Source of the DNA: Pachysolen tannophilus NRRL Y-2460
Lineage: Eukaryota
DNA length: 64,000 nt
NCBI GenBank assembly: GCA_001661245.1
Contig: KV454011.1
Coordinates: forward strand, 1,900,041-1,964,040
Reading direction: 5' to 3'
Both the position numbers and the translations under genes were made by a program. The notes under the pieces were generated by a model. It was not told the origin of the DNA. It made no database searches and worked only from the letters and a program-made list of their open reading frames with translations. Positions 21,701 to 33,259 of the stretch are shown in pieces (position 1 is the stretch's first letter; each line of letters opens with the position of its first letter).

Positions 21701-23700
21701 AATGGTTAGAGGCAGCTCATAAGGCTCAAGCAACAACAAAGAGAAGAATTTCCCCTTTGGGTGTCGGTAGTGATTCTATTCAAAGAGGTCACAAGAGATT
21801 GAGATGGGCCAGTATGTTTGATGCAATTAGAAAGTGCATGAGAAAAAGAGAAAATGCCCCTAAACCTAGTAATAGTCCACATAAAAAATTCAATGATGAA
21901 AAGAAGGGTAATGTTCCAACTCCGGCAGAGTTGTCGAAGCTAAAATTCGATAGGGATAAGGCTATTCAAGAAGCTTACATGCACCAAAGTAACGCTAACG
22001 GTAATTTCGCCATGAGAGCAAAAAATGCCGCCGCTGCGGTATTGCTGCAGCAGCTGCTGCAGCAGAAACTTGTGGGCAACAATTCTACTTCAAATACATC
22101 TTCCTCTGGTTCCTCCAATTCGGTCGTTGGTAATCCTGCAAATCAGCAACTTCAAGGAACAAACGTTCTTAAACCTCAGAATCAACAGCGTATCCAGAAT
22201 GCCCAAAGAATTGTCACTAATGGTAACCCAAGGCAAAACGTTATGAATGGGGGCCTGCAGCAACCTCAAGGAATGATTTCTAATACTAATGCTCCAGGCA
22301 TCCGTAATGGTAATGTCATTACGAAGCCAACAACTCCGAATGGCACACCTTATACTAATGAACAAATTCAACATCTTTTGCAGTTACAGCGTCAAAGAAA
22401 ATTGATGCAGCAAAACTCAGCATCTGCTTCGCCAGCAGGTAGTAATGGAAATAATTCAAATTCTAGCACGCCACTTCTATCATTAGCAAATTTGAATGCT
22501 GCAGCATCCGGTGGTAAGGCTAGCGTTTCTGTTGCCGGATCACCCAATCAGACTTCTATGGTTCCAAATTCAAGTAATCAAGTGACAATGGGAGGTAACA
22601 ACAACGCCTACACGAATAATAATAATAATAATAATATTAATAGCAATGGAAGGTCTCCTTCGATCCAGAACTCACCAGTGGTGACGAATACTGCCGCTCC
22701 CTTAAGAAAATTAAATCTTTCAAACTTTTCTAATGCTCATGTATCTGCTATTATCAACCAAATCCAGCTTCAAAATCCTAAAATGTCAAAAGCTGATGTA
22801 ACAAAATTAGCTGCCAATTATTTGCATAATTTAACTCAACAGCAACAACTGCTGCAGAATCGTACAAGTCACGCTATGGGAGTTAATCAGAGGCCAAATA
22901 ATGGAAATAATGGAAATAATGGTAGTAATGTTAATAATGGCAATAATAATGGTAATAGGCAAGGCAATGTTTCTGGTAGTCCTCAGATGAATCCATCAAA
23001 TTCCACCAATCAAGTACGCCGTCAAGCTACAAATCTCAGTATGCTTACTCCTGAACAGTTGACAACATTGGCCAACAATCCAAATCTTACAGAGGTTCAA
23101 AGAAAACAAATTCTAATGTTAAAGAATATTCAACAACAAAAAGCTGCTGCTGCACAGCAACAGCAGCAGTTAAGGAATGCGTCTAATCAAGCAACAAGGG
23201 CAATGCTTATGCCCCAACAACAACAACAACAACAACAACAACTGCAATTGTTGCTGCGCCAATTGCAAAATGGTCCTTCCACAACTGCACCAACACCTCA
23301 ACAGTTGGCAGCACAGAGGGCTAGTATCCAACAGCAACAACAACATCAACATCAGCAGCATCAGCGTCAGCAGCAACAGAATTTGGTGGACGGAACTACT
23401 GGTGGGCTTATCAATGGCGTGAATGGTGGAGTATCGAGCTCAATGTCTACTCCAACAAACTCAACTGTTGGCCTTCATCAACAGGTTCCTGAGGGCTCTT
23501 CCCCAGTATCGTTGAGATTTGTTGCCCCAGAAATTAATGTCAATAACAATAATTTATCAGCCATGTCTTCACCTTTAGTTCAGCATCAACAGCTTTCCAA
23601 TAACAGTAATGGAAGCACTCGTACCAACTCCCCTGTGAGCGGTCGCGTCCTAGGTGGTGTAGCTCTCAATCAGCAGGGTAATAATAATGCGAGTGAATAA
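18769..23700 (+). CDS. EAF1: NuA4 scaffold subunit Eaf1/Vid21; join(18769..18810,18970..23700)
   Basis: LAELYYLTQT.PL.KLLP, HSA region (RIEELKRQKKWSLRQP...HW..LL.EMKWM..DF.E.RK.K), SANT-like PTIWLPEDD...NW..VS...ERRTPWQCFERY, Q/N-rich tail. Confidence 0.93.
18811..18969 (+). other. Spliceosomal intron in EAF1
   Basis: GTAAGT donor after a 14-codon ATG exon, TACTAAC at 18931-18937, poly-T, TAG acceptor. The join is in frame; the intron contains an in-frame TAA. Confidence 0.85.
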
Positions 23701-23957
23701 GATTGGGGTTATCTTTAGCATGATTCACATAGATTCACATAATTTTTCTTATCTTATTTTATCTTATTATATTTTATTTTTTAGTTTTTTGGTTATATAA
23801 ATAATGTATTTAAGAAAAAAAATTGGAGTTTTGTTTTGATTTAAATGATTTTGAAGAAAGAATGACAAATATTTTAAAGAAAGCTATCTATCTATCTATA
23901 TACTAGAATAAATTGCATACCAGTTCCAATAAATCCAATCTTTTTTTTTATATATTT

Positions 23958-24470
23958 TTATCCCAATTTTTTTTCAATTTCTATGATACGTTTCTTAAAA
24001 TCTTGTGCAATAAGACCAATTTGACCAATTTTATTAAACTCATTCATCAATTCTTGGCAATCTTTCAACAACCTATTCAATTTGAGTAAATTCATGTTGA
24101 TTCTCGCCACATCTGATTCATAATTATTCTTTTGGAATGTAATACTATCTTCAGTTTGTTCTGATAAAGATTTTACTCTATCACTTATCTTGTACATCAA
24201 ATAATCAAAATTTAAAGCCAATTGCTTAACACCAAGTGGATCATCTTCAACATCATCATTGTCTCCACTGCCAAAACGATTTATCCCATCAAAACTCATA
24301 TCTTCTTCTTCTTCTATTTCTTCATCTTCTTGAGATGCTTCCTCAACTTCATTCTCAACTTCAATACCAATATCATCCTCAGCTAAAGTCAAATTATCAT
24401 TACTAACACCACCACCATTACTTCCACTAACCAACGTCAACTGATCCGAAGAACTCGATGACAGTGACAT
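23958..24470 (-). CDS. CNL1: BLOC-1 complex subunit Cnl1
   Basis: DPLGV.QL.LNFDYLMYKI.D.V.SL followed by a coiled coil; divergent from GGA, as CNL1/GGA1 in S. cerevisiae. Confidence 0.82.
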   Translation of the reverse strand: MSLSSSSSDQLTLVSGSNGGGVSNDNLTLAEDDIGIEVENEVEEASQEDEEIEEEEDMSFDGINRFGSGDNDDVEDDPLGVKQLALNFDYLMYKISDRVKSLSEQTEDSITFQKNNYESDVARINMNLLKLNRLLKDCQELMNEFNKIGQIGLIAQDFKKRIIEIEKKLG

Positions 24471-24760
24471 AATAACCTCTTATCTACCATCTACCATCTA
24501 CCATCTACCAGCAACCAATTCTTACTCTTCCTATCTCTCATCATTTCCTTAATTCTTCGTTGTTGGTCGGCTTCAATTACGACTTTTGGCTGTATTTGCC
24601 CGAACCAGTTGTTGACAGACAATTTGGTGAAAATGATGTGAAATCCAACAGCTGAGCAGGAAGTTTGAAAGGCGGTGGATGGTTGATATAACAATAATTA
24701 TTTTAATTAAATTTGAAAGATAAAATTTAATAAAGCAATCAATCTATTTCAATTCCAAAG

Positions 24761-26794
24761 ATGTCTTCTTCTTTGTCTTTATCGGCAGATCTTCAAAATG
24801 CTAATCCGAGATTGTTGAGAAGAATTCGTATGTATGATTATAAAAAAGTTATTATTGGTAATAAAAAAAAATTACCGGCTAAAAATTGTTAATTACTAGT
24901 TATTTACTAACACATATTGAATAGAAAGAGCATGTAGACCAACATTAACTCAGCCAGATTTGGGTTTGAACTTGGAAGTTTGTGATTTTATAAATGAGAA
25001 GCAAGGTTCTCTGTAAGTAATGTTTTTTTTTTTTTTACGTTTTTAATTTGTTTTGTGAAGAAAAATGCTCTTATTGATTGAATATTGTTATACTAACACA
25101 CATATGATTAAAAAAAATTTTATAGTCCTCGTCAAGCAGCAATTGTCACAGTTAAGTTGATCAATAGTAGAGATCCTCGGATTTCGGAATTGGCAATTCA
25201 ATTATTGGATGTATTGGTGAAAAATTGTGGATATCCATTTCATTTACAAATTTCAAGAAAAGAATTTTTAAATGAATTGGTGAAAAGATTTCCTGAAAGA
25301 CCTCCGGCCAGGTATTCTAGAACTCAAAGATTGATTTTGGGTCAAATTGAAGAATGGACTCAAACTATATGTAAAACTTCTCGTTATAAAGAAGATATGG
25401 GTTTTATTAGAGATATGAGAAGATTATTGGCTTATAAAGGTTATGTCTTTCCAGAATTAAAAAGAGAAGATGCTGCAGTATTAAATCCTTCTGATAATTT
25501 AAAATCAATTGAAGAACTTCAAAGAGAGGAAAGAATTGCACAAAGTGCTAAGCTTCAAGAATTAATTAGACGTGGAAGACCTCAAGATTTAAAAGAAGCT
25601 AATAAATTGATGAAAATTATGTCTGGTTTTAAAGAAGATGAATCATTAGAAACAACAAAACAAAGAGTTGCTGAAGATATTAACAAATTGAAAAGAAAAG
25701 TTGATTTGTTTAATGAAATGTTAAACAATGCTAGTAATTTGGGTAAAATTGATGAAACTGATTCTACTCTTGTTGAATTATATGGTGCTTTAAAAGTTTC
25801 TCAACCAAAAATTCAAAAAATTATTGAAGAAGAAAGTGAAGATGAAGAAGCAGTTACTAATTTGTTACAATTAAATGATAATATAAATCTGCTTTTAAAC
25901 AAATACCAATTGTTAAAAGGTGGTGATGTTTCAAATGCGAATAATATTCAAGTAAATGCAGGTTCAGGTAAAAATGGAAATTCTTTAAATTTAATTAATT
26001 TCGATGATGATGATGATGATGAAGATGGTAGTCAAAACAACTCAGGAAATGCCTCATCCGGAAACAATAATAATAATAATAATAATAATGATATTCAAGA
26101 TTTATTAAGTGATTTAGGAGGGTTATCATTTTCATCCAATGACAATCTGGGTTCTATTGCCCTAGAAACATCTCCTCCACCTGCTGGTAATGGTGGAATC
26201 AATCTTGATGCCTTGAAATCAATTAATGCAGCTTCTGGTTCAAATGGAAATTATGGAGCCGGTAGTTCAAGACCTCCTTTCCCTCCACCATCTTCCACTA
26301 CAAACAACGATTTCACTTCGTCTTTATCGGTTGCTCCTCCAATCGCATCACAACCACATCAACAACAACAACAGCAATTGGATCCATTCGGATTCGATTT
26401 CTCATCTTTATCAGCTCCCGCACCAACGGTATCTCAAGAAACTGGCCCGAAAATCTTAATCAACCAATCAGAGCATGTAAAAATTGAATTTATAATAATA
26501 AATAAATCATCAAACTCAATATCACTAAAAGGTGTTTACAGCAATGTTGGACAATCTCCAGTTTCTGGATTACAATTCTTAGTTGCTGTTCCAAAGACAT
26601 GGGAATTGCAATTACTTCCTCAATCTGGAAATTTTATTAATGCTGGTGTTAATAATGGTATTACTCAATTCATCAACATTACGAAAAAACAAGACCATCT
26701 CGATGACACTAAGCCATTGAAAATTAAATGGAAGTGTGACTACATTGCTAACGGAATCTCAGTAGATGAGTCAGGTGTTAGTGACTTAAAATAG
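24761..26794 (+). CDS. GGA2: GGA clathrin adaptor (VHS-GAT-GAE); join(24761..24827,24925..25012,25126..26794)
   Basis: Splicing restores the VHS start LLRRI|QRACRPTLTQPDLGLNLEVCDFINEKQGSL|PRQAAI..VKLIN. Also LVKNCGYPFHLQISRKEFLNELV, GAT AKLQELIRRG.P.DL.EANKLMKIM, and a GAE ear. Single pre-duplication GGA1/GGA2 orthologue. Confidence 0.94.
24828..24924 (+). other. GGA intron 1
   Basis: GTATGT donor, TACTAAC at 24905-24911, TAG acceptor. Confidence 0.92.
25013..25125 (+). other. GGA intron 2
   Basis: GTAAGT donor, TACTAAC at 25091-25097, TAG acceptor. Confidence 0.92.
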
Positions 26795-27470
26795 AATAAT
26801 GATTATTCATCCAACTGGAAGCTTTGTTTTTTTTTCTTTTTTGAGTTCCCAAATAGATTTTAATGGGTTTATCCACAGTTTTTTTTTTTATTATTTTCTC
26901 TACGTTATTTTATTTCCCTTTATTTTTTTTTTATCTTTGTTAATTTTTAGCTCTAAGAATCTTCTCCATTTAGTTTTGAAATCTGAGATCTGCTCTGATC
27001 CAGACTTGGTTTTTCATTGACATTTTTATCTACTGAGTTGTTTAGAGTTCTCTCTTACTGTTACTTATGTTTCTTTACTTATTTTTTTTTTTTTTTTTTT
27101 TCTTTTTTTTTCACTTTCATTAGTTCACTTAGTCTTCGAAAAGAATTTAGAATCGTTACTATTATTACCTCCCTAGTCTGTAAGAATTTTCTGATAATTT
27201 TGATAAAAATTTTGAGTTCGGAACAGTTAGATATTCCCCCACAAATAATGCAATCGATCATGAATTTTTGTAGTTGTTAGTTGAAAAAAAAAAAAAACTG
27301 TAAATTCTCATGTTCTCAAATAGTAAATAAAGTGGGTGAATTTACCGTTGAAACTATTAAAATCTGATACCTTCGGGGCCGAACAACTTAAGCATAAATA
27401 AGAATATATAAAGCCAGGTAAAAGTTATGGTTTTGAAGATTGGATTTTTTGAAGTTCAATTGGGGGAAAA

Positions 27471-29057
27471 ATGATAAGATTGGGTCATAATGTAAGAACT
27501 GTGTTGTTACCTTTGAATTCTATTAGGAACAGAAAGCTATTTTTGATATATACGACAACTTCAATTAATCTTTTCAGTACCAAAGTTGAATCGGAAAAGG
27601 GAAATGATGTTAAAAAGGATTCTGGTAGTAGTCGTAAAAGTTTGTCCTTAGTTGAGTCGATATCGTTGTGGTACGATGCGATGTCCCATTCGAATCCAAT
27701 GAAAGTGAAGCAAGATGAATTGTTAACAAGAGCTTTACCAGGTTATTATAATACCGATAAGCCTAATCCAAGTTTCCCAAATTTGAAAGCAACAAACAAT
27801 TTGATCCCTATAGAAGATGGAGATAGAAATAAAGGATCTGTATTAAATGAACTTAGAATTGAGAATTGTTCGGCTAAGAGTACAATACCAAATAAAGAAG
27901 AAATTGATGATAAGACTACCAATTTGGTGATGGTTCACGGTTATGGGTCATCTTTAGGTTGGTATTATAAGAATTTCCATGGTTTGATCAAAGATAATGA
28001 AAATTGTAGGATTTTTGCTTTAGATTTGTTAGGTTTTGGATTATCATCTTCTCAACCACTTGATGTTTCTTCAATAGATAATGATAATTCAACAAAAGAA
28101 TTTGATATCATGTATGATCACCAATCTTTAACACATTATGAGCTTATTCATCCTCCATTAAAGTTACCTAAGGAGTTTGAAATCAGCCTGAAAGAATTTA
28201 AAAGATATTTTGAAAACTTAGATAAGAATAAACAATTAATTGAAGCAATTGAAAATCGTCATATTGATGCTATAGAAAGTTGGAGAAAAGCAAATAATTT
28301 AGAAGATTTTACCTTGATGGGACATTCATTTGGTGGGTATATTTCATTAGCTTATACTTTAAAGTATCCTGAACGTGTTAAAAAATTGATTTTAGTTTCT
28401 CCCGGAGGAGTTGAAAGAAATCCATATGCTATAACAAACCCAATTTTTGAAAAAAATTCACCAGAAACTGTACTGATTATGAATGGAACTCAATCTGAAG
28501 TTCGTTTTAAACCATCAACAACTCCTGAAGATTATGAATTCTTAGGGAGATTACCATTAATGCCGATATGGTTTAGATTTTTTTGGTCTAACCATATTTC
28601 AGTTTTCAGACTCTTACAACTCTTGGGCCCGTTAGGCTTAATGAAATTCTCAGCCTTGGCATTTAAGAGATTCTTGAGAGATAAGAAAAATGGATTAAAA
28701 GGAGCTTATGAGGAAACAGTGCTGTTCACTTTGTACGTTTTCTGTACTTTTAAAAAATATTCATTTTCAGATCAAAGTCTTATGTCACTTTTCACTTCTA
28801 CTATTGTAGCTAAACACCCAATGTTAGACAGAATAAACAAACTCCAATGTAAAACAATCTGGATATTTGGTGAGTTTGATTTTATTTATAAAAACATCGG
28901 TAAAGTTGCTATGGAACAATTAAATTCAAGACCAGAAACTAATGGAGAGCTACCAAAAGCAGAATATAAAATTGTATCTAAAGCAGGTCATAACTTATTT
29001 TTAGATAATCATAAAGAGTTTAATGATACCGTGAAGCGGTTTATCGGATGGAAATGA
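27471..29057 (+). CDS. ECM18: Alpha/beta-hydrolase, Ecm18/Ict1/Cld1 (ABHD4/5-like) family, probably mitochondrial
   Basis: VMVHGYG, ALDLLGFGLSS, IESWR, LMGHSFGGY.S..Y.LKYP..V.KLILVSPGG, AGHNLFLDN (HX4D). Convergent with a DUF2841 gene, as ECM18/YDR124W. Confidence 0.75.
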   Translation: MIRLGHNVRTVLLPLNSIRNRKLFLIYTTTSINLFSTKVESEKGNDVKKDSGSSRKSLSLVESISLWYDAMSHSNPMKVKQDELLTRALPGYYNTDKPNPSFPNLKATNNLIPIEDGDRNKGSVLNELRIENCSAKSTIPNKEEIDDKTTNLVMVHGYGSSLGWYYKNFHGLIKDNENCRIFALDLLGFGLSSSQPLDVSSIDNDNSTKEFDIMYDHQSLTHYELIHPPLKLPKEFEISLKEFKRYFENLDKNKQLIEAIENRHIDAIESWRKANNLEDFTLMGHSFGGYISLAYTLKYPERVKKLILVSPGGVERNPYAITNPIFEKNSPETVLIMNGTQSEVRFKPSTTPEDYEFLGRLPLMPIWFRFFWSNHISVFRLLQLLGPLGLMKFSALAFKRFLRDKKNGLKGAYEETVLFTLYVFCTFKKYSFSDQSLMSLFTSTIVAKHPMLDRINKLQCKTIWIFGEFDFIYKNIGKVAMEQLNSRPETNGELPKAEYKIVSKAGHNLFLDNHKEFNDTVKRFIGWK

Positions 29058-29269
29058 AGTTTTTTATGTGTCACATTATACATATATATATATATATTCT
29101 ATTTTACTTACTACCATTGATTTGTAGAGTCAGTTTCAAATTAGAAATTATATTGAAGCTGCATCACTGAAGCTAGGATTTAGAAACTAAAGTTCATAGA
29201 GCCGGTTAGACTATCTTTGTAAATATTCTACTTTATATTACTGTAAAACTGTCAATATATCTTGTCCAT

Positions 29270-31108
29270 CTATTTATTTGTTGGTGAAGAATGGAATAAT
29301 ACTGTATCGTCACTTCCGCTACTACTACTACTGCTGCTACTACTACTACTAAGTCCACTTCTATGTAACTTATACAGGGTGTTGTTCTCGGTCAAGACCT
29401 CATTACTATAACGTTTAGAAATATTGACTCTCCCCGGCCTAATACTTTTAGGATCATTTATATGCATCTTTAATGGTGCCAATACAGAAGGTTTTGAGTT
29501 TGTCCTATCCGTTTTATCTTCATCATTAAATTTGTACAATTTAGGTGATGACAATATGCGCTGAGGCACAACTTCCAACAGTCCCAATCTTTTGGATAAA
29601 GATTGCATATGATTATGTGAATAATTCAAGTATTGTGCGTTTGGATCTCTTGAAGACAATGGTTTTCTCTTGTTACTGCGAACAGTTGGTGTTAAAGAAT
29701 ACTCGAGCAAATGATTATAGTCTTTTTGATTCACAAAATTTGTATTTTCGTCATATGAAGGTGCTATCTTTTGTCGAATTGAGGAAGATGAATTTACAGC
29801 AGTAGCTTTTCCCAAAGCTGCATAGTCCGGTGTTGAATAATTTGTATTTCTGTAACGGCTCTCATTATTATCAATTGTGGATGGAAAAACCAAAGGTGTA
29901 TTATCATTTGTATAGTTAAATTTTGGAGATGAGTAAATATTTGTATCATCATGCTCACGTATCTCAGAGAAATTTTCATTATCATGACTATAGGAAACTA
30001 AACTGTAACGAGATTGAGTTTGTTGGTTATTATTGTTATCGTCATCATTTCCTAGTTCCTCATTTACTTCTTCATTCTGAGTTTGTTGCTGTTTTTGACT
30101 TTCTGTATCTTTTCTGAGATCTGAAAGGGGTAAATTAAAAGGGCTTGATGAACTAAGTGTTGGTGGAACTAACGGTGTATTTGTAGAACTAGTTGGTTGA
30201 TTATCATTTCTTTCAGCTAATCCATTAAATCTTCTCTTTCTTGAATCTAAAGATGAAATTTTAGTTTTCTTATTATTATTACTCATGTAAAATACTTTTG
30301 ATGTGGCTTTCTTAAAATCACTAACTAAAATTTTAAAATCCTCGTTGGTACAACTTAAACCATTGGCAATTTTGGTTTTCAATTCTCTTTCCATCGAAAT
30401 AACAAAATAAATCTCTGATAAGACACACATGCGATCTTTTGGAATCATTGCAATACATTCATTAGTTGCAAATTCCAAATCTTCAACGCTAACATTTTCA
30501 TTTCTCACAATTGAATTCATCAAATTCAAACGTTCATTTTTACGAATATGATCAGGTTCTCTATGTCTAACATCCAGCGGCCACCATGGTGGCCTTGTAG
30601 CATCTCCTTTAATATAAGGATAATTTGATTGTTTTTTCGGTTCTATGGCCTTAATCCAAGCTTTTGCAAGATATTTACAAGAAATTTGCTGTAATTCTTT
30701 AAAACAAATTTCCAAATGTGATTCTACCAGAAATTCGTCAGATAAATCCAAGACATAAAAGGGAGACTCCAAGACACGATGATATCTATTACTTATATTA
30801 CTGGAAGTGGTTGAACTGTTACCATCATTTTCATCTCCTGTATGATTTGAAGAATCATGAACAAAATTTAACATGCTAAATGGCATATCATGTAACGGTA
30901 GCGTCAAGCCAGGTTCTAAATTTGATTCTGCAAACCTTCCGTTGATTAATGAGTCCATCTCATTTGGAAGTAGCTTCAGATAGTCAATTTCGGGACTACT
31001 TGACTCTGATTCTGAGCATATAGCACGAACTTCGAAATATTCATATTTTTTCGGTTTTTGTTGAATAACTTTAATCAATTGTTGTATGTTTCGAAATTCA
31101 TGTTTCAT
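29270..31108 (-). CDS. DUF2841 (YDR124W-like) protein
   Basis: F.ELQQ..CK.LAKAWIKAIEPKKQ..YPY...PPWWP.DVRHREPDH..K.ER. Start uncertain (ATG at 31210 or 31108). Confidence 0.8.
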   Translation of the reverse strand: MKHEFRNIQQLIKVIQQKPKKYEYFEVRAICSESESSSPEIDYLKLLPNEMDSLINGRFAESNLEPGLTLPLHDMPFSMLNFVHDSSNHTGDENDGNSSTTSSNISNRYHRVLESPFYVLDLSDEFLVESHLEICFKELQQISCKYLAKAWIKAIEPKKQSNYPYIKGDATRPPWWPLDVRHREPDHIRKNERLNLMNSIVRNENVSVEDLEFATNECIAMIPKDRMCVLSEIYFVISMERELKTKIANGLSCTNEDFKILVSDFKKATSKVFYMSNNNKKTKISSLDSRKRRFNGLAERNDNQPTSSTNTPLVPPTLSSSSPFNLPLSDLRKDTESQKQQQTQNEEVNEELGNDDDNNNNQQTQSRYSLVSYSHDNENFSEIREHDDTNIYSSPKFNYTNDNTPLVFPSTIDNNESRYRNTNYSTPDYAALGKATAVNSSSSIRQKIAPSYDENTNFVNQKDYNHLLEYSLTPTVRSNKRKPLSSRDPNAQYLNYSHNHMQSLSKRLGLLEVVPQRILSSPKLYKFNDEDKTDRTNSKPSVLAPLKMHINDPKSIRPGRVNISKRYSNEVLTENNTLYKLHRSGLSSSSSSSSSSSGSDDTVLFHSSPTNK

Positions 31109-31900
31109 GGTGAATAACAAATATTTTGAAAGACTTTTTTTAATTCGATAAATCAATTTAAAAAAAGTCCATATTGAAGAAATGTGAGCTATGAGAAGCA
31201 ACTTGAACATCTATTTATATAATATCTATCTTTATAATTGATGTAAAAATAAACATATTAGATTCATAACCAAATACGGCCTTTGTTTTACTTTTGATAG
31301 TAAAAAACTTGATTAATCACAAAATACAAATAACATGAATAGTAAAAAACAGCTTTACCTCCTCAGACTTTGAAACCAATTAGATTCAACCATTTACTGA
31401 TAGAATTTATCAATTTTTTGTCAAAGATATGATCCAGTTGAACATCAAGTTATCATCCATAAAAAGTTTCAAATCAGTTTTACATGCAGAGATATGCATA
31501 ATTTTTACTTAAGTTTAACCCCCAAAACCCCAAAAAGACGTTCAAGAAGATCAATTATACATCAACCATTTTATTAGTAAAAGGGAGAGTTGCTGTTGGT
31601 TAGCTTCGGGGTTGATTCCGATTCCGAGTTTGACTTTAATTTTGACTTTGACTTCAGATGGAATATAGAGATTGGGGGTCTTATTTTTTTTTTTCAGTTG
31701 AGCTTTTTACTTTTACAAAGAAAATTACAGAGAATCTATTCTACTTATTTTCAAAAGAAGAAAAAGAGCAATGTTGAACTCGTGGACTCGTAAATGAACA
31801 TCATTAATTATAATAGAGCAATAATGAAAAAAAAAATAGCATAAAAATGGTTTCCCTTTTTTTTTTCTTAGGTGTATATATATATATATATAAGGATTAA

Positions 31901-32848
31901 TTATTCAACCCATTCAATAGGGTTCTTGAGAACTTTGAGTAATTTGTCCTCCCTGGAACCTTCTTCAGGATGATGGTCATACATCCAACTAGCAGTTAAT
32001 GGTAATGACATCAATATAGATTCAACTCTTGAACCAGGGGTTTGTAATCCAAACTGAGTACCTCTATCCAAGATCAAATTGAACTCTACATATCTACCTC
32101 TTCTTAATTGTTGCCATTTTTTCTCTTCTTCGGTAAAAGGCATATCTTTTCTTCTTGCAACAATTGGTAAATATGAAGGAAGGAAAGCATCAAAACAACT
32201 TTCAACAATTTTCAAAATTTCTTCTGCAGGTTTTGTATTAAAATCATCAAAAAAGATTCCACCAATACCACGAGTTTCACCACGATGTTTAATATAAAAA
32301 TAATCATCGCACCATTTTTTAAATTCAGGGTACAAAGATTTATCATATTTATCCAATGCATCTTTATGATTTTGATGAAATAACTTAGCATCCTCCTCAT
32401 ACAAATATGAAGGTGTTAAATCAGCACCTCCACCAAACCACCATGTTTGAGGTGTACCATCTTCATTCCAAGTCTCGAAAAACCGATAATTCAAATGAGT
32501 GGTTGGGGCATGTGGATTATATGGATGTATAACCAAAGATAAACCACACGCAAAGAATTTCAAAGATCCATCTCCATTGGTCACAAGAGTCTTATGATCG
32601 GCCTTCATTCTAGCTATAGCCTGAGGTGGCAAGCTACCATAAACTGCAGAAACATTAACTCCAGCTTTTTCAAAAGTCGTACCTTCTTGTAAAACCATAG
32701 AAGTACCACCTCCACCAGTCTCACCTCTTACCCATGTATCTGCCTTAAACTTCGAAGTCCCCAAACTTTCCAAACCTTCCACTATCTCCTTCTGCTTACG
32801 ACGAACCAAATTCTCCATTTGGACAGGAATCGAAAGATCTTCACTCAT
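31901..32848 (-). CDS. HEM13: Oxygen-dependent coproporphyrinogen-III oxidase
   Basis: [75 protein letters not shown]. Confidence 0.98.
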   Translation of the reverse strand: MSEDLSIPVQMENLVRRKQKEIVEGLESLGTSKFKADTWVRGETGGGGTSMVLQEGTTFEKAGVNVSAVYGSLPPQAIARMKADHKTLVTNGDGSLKFFACGLSLVIHPYNPHAPTTHLNYRFFETWNEDGTPQTWWFGGGADLTPSYLYEEDAKLFHQNHKDALDKYDKSLYPEFKKWCDDYFYIKHRGETRGIGGIFFDDFNTKPAEEILKIVESCFDAFLPSYLPIVARRKDMPFTEEEKKWQQLRRGRYVEFNLILDRGTQFGLQTPGSRVESILMSLPLTASWMYDHHPEEGSREDKLLKVLKNPIEWVE

Positions 32849-33259
32849 TCTTGCATAGAACTATTTGAGTAAAAAACCAAGATTCTTGAAATTTAAAGAC
32901 TCTTCTCTTCTCCACCAAAAAAGAAAAAAAAAACAAAATGATATACAGCTATATATATATATATATATCAATCAACGAACAAACTAAAACAAAAAAAAAA
33001 AAAAAGGAAAAGGAAAAAAACGATATCCTATTTGAATTTATACAATGAAAAAAGAGAAAGCCAACAACACAACAACTCTTCGTTTCGTCGCATACAAAAA
33101 AATTTCAAACTATCTGATGACACCAAATTTATTGGACATAAAGAAAAAAAATTTACCAATCTATGCAGGAAGTGAAGAAGGTATTAAATCAGGAGATACT
33201 TTTTGGTACTAAACACTACTAGTAAAAGTAAGTAAGGTATTAAAGAAGGTTTCTTTCAG

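Noticed and set aside
33040..33090. Rox1-like (CATTGT) and Upc2-like (TCGTTT) sites upstream of HEM13
   Set aside because: Only partial matches, expected by chance in AT-rich DNA.
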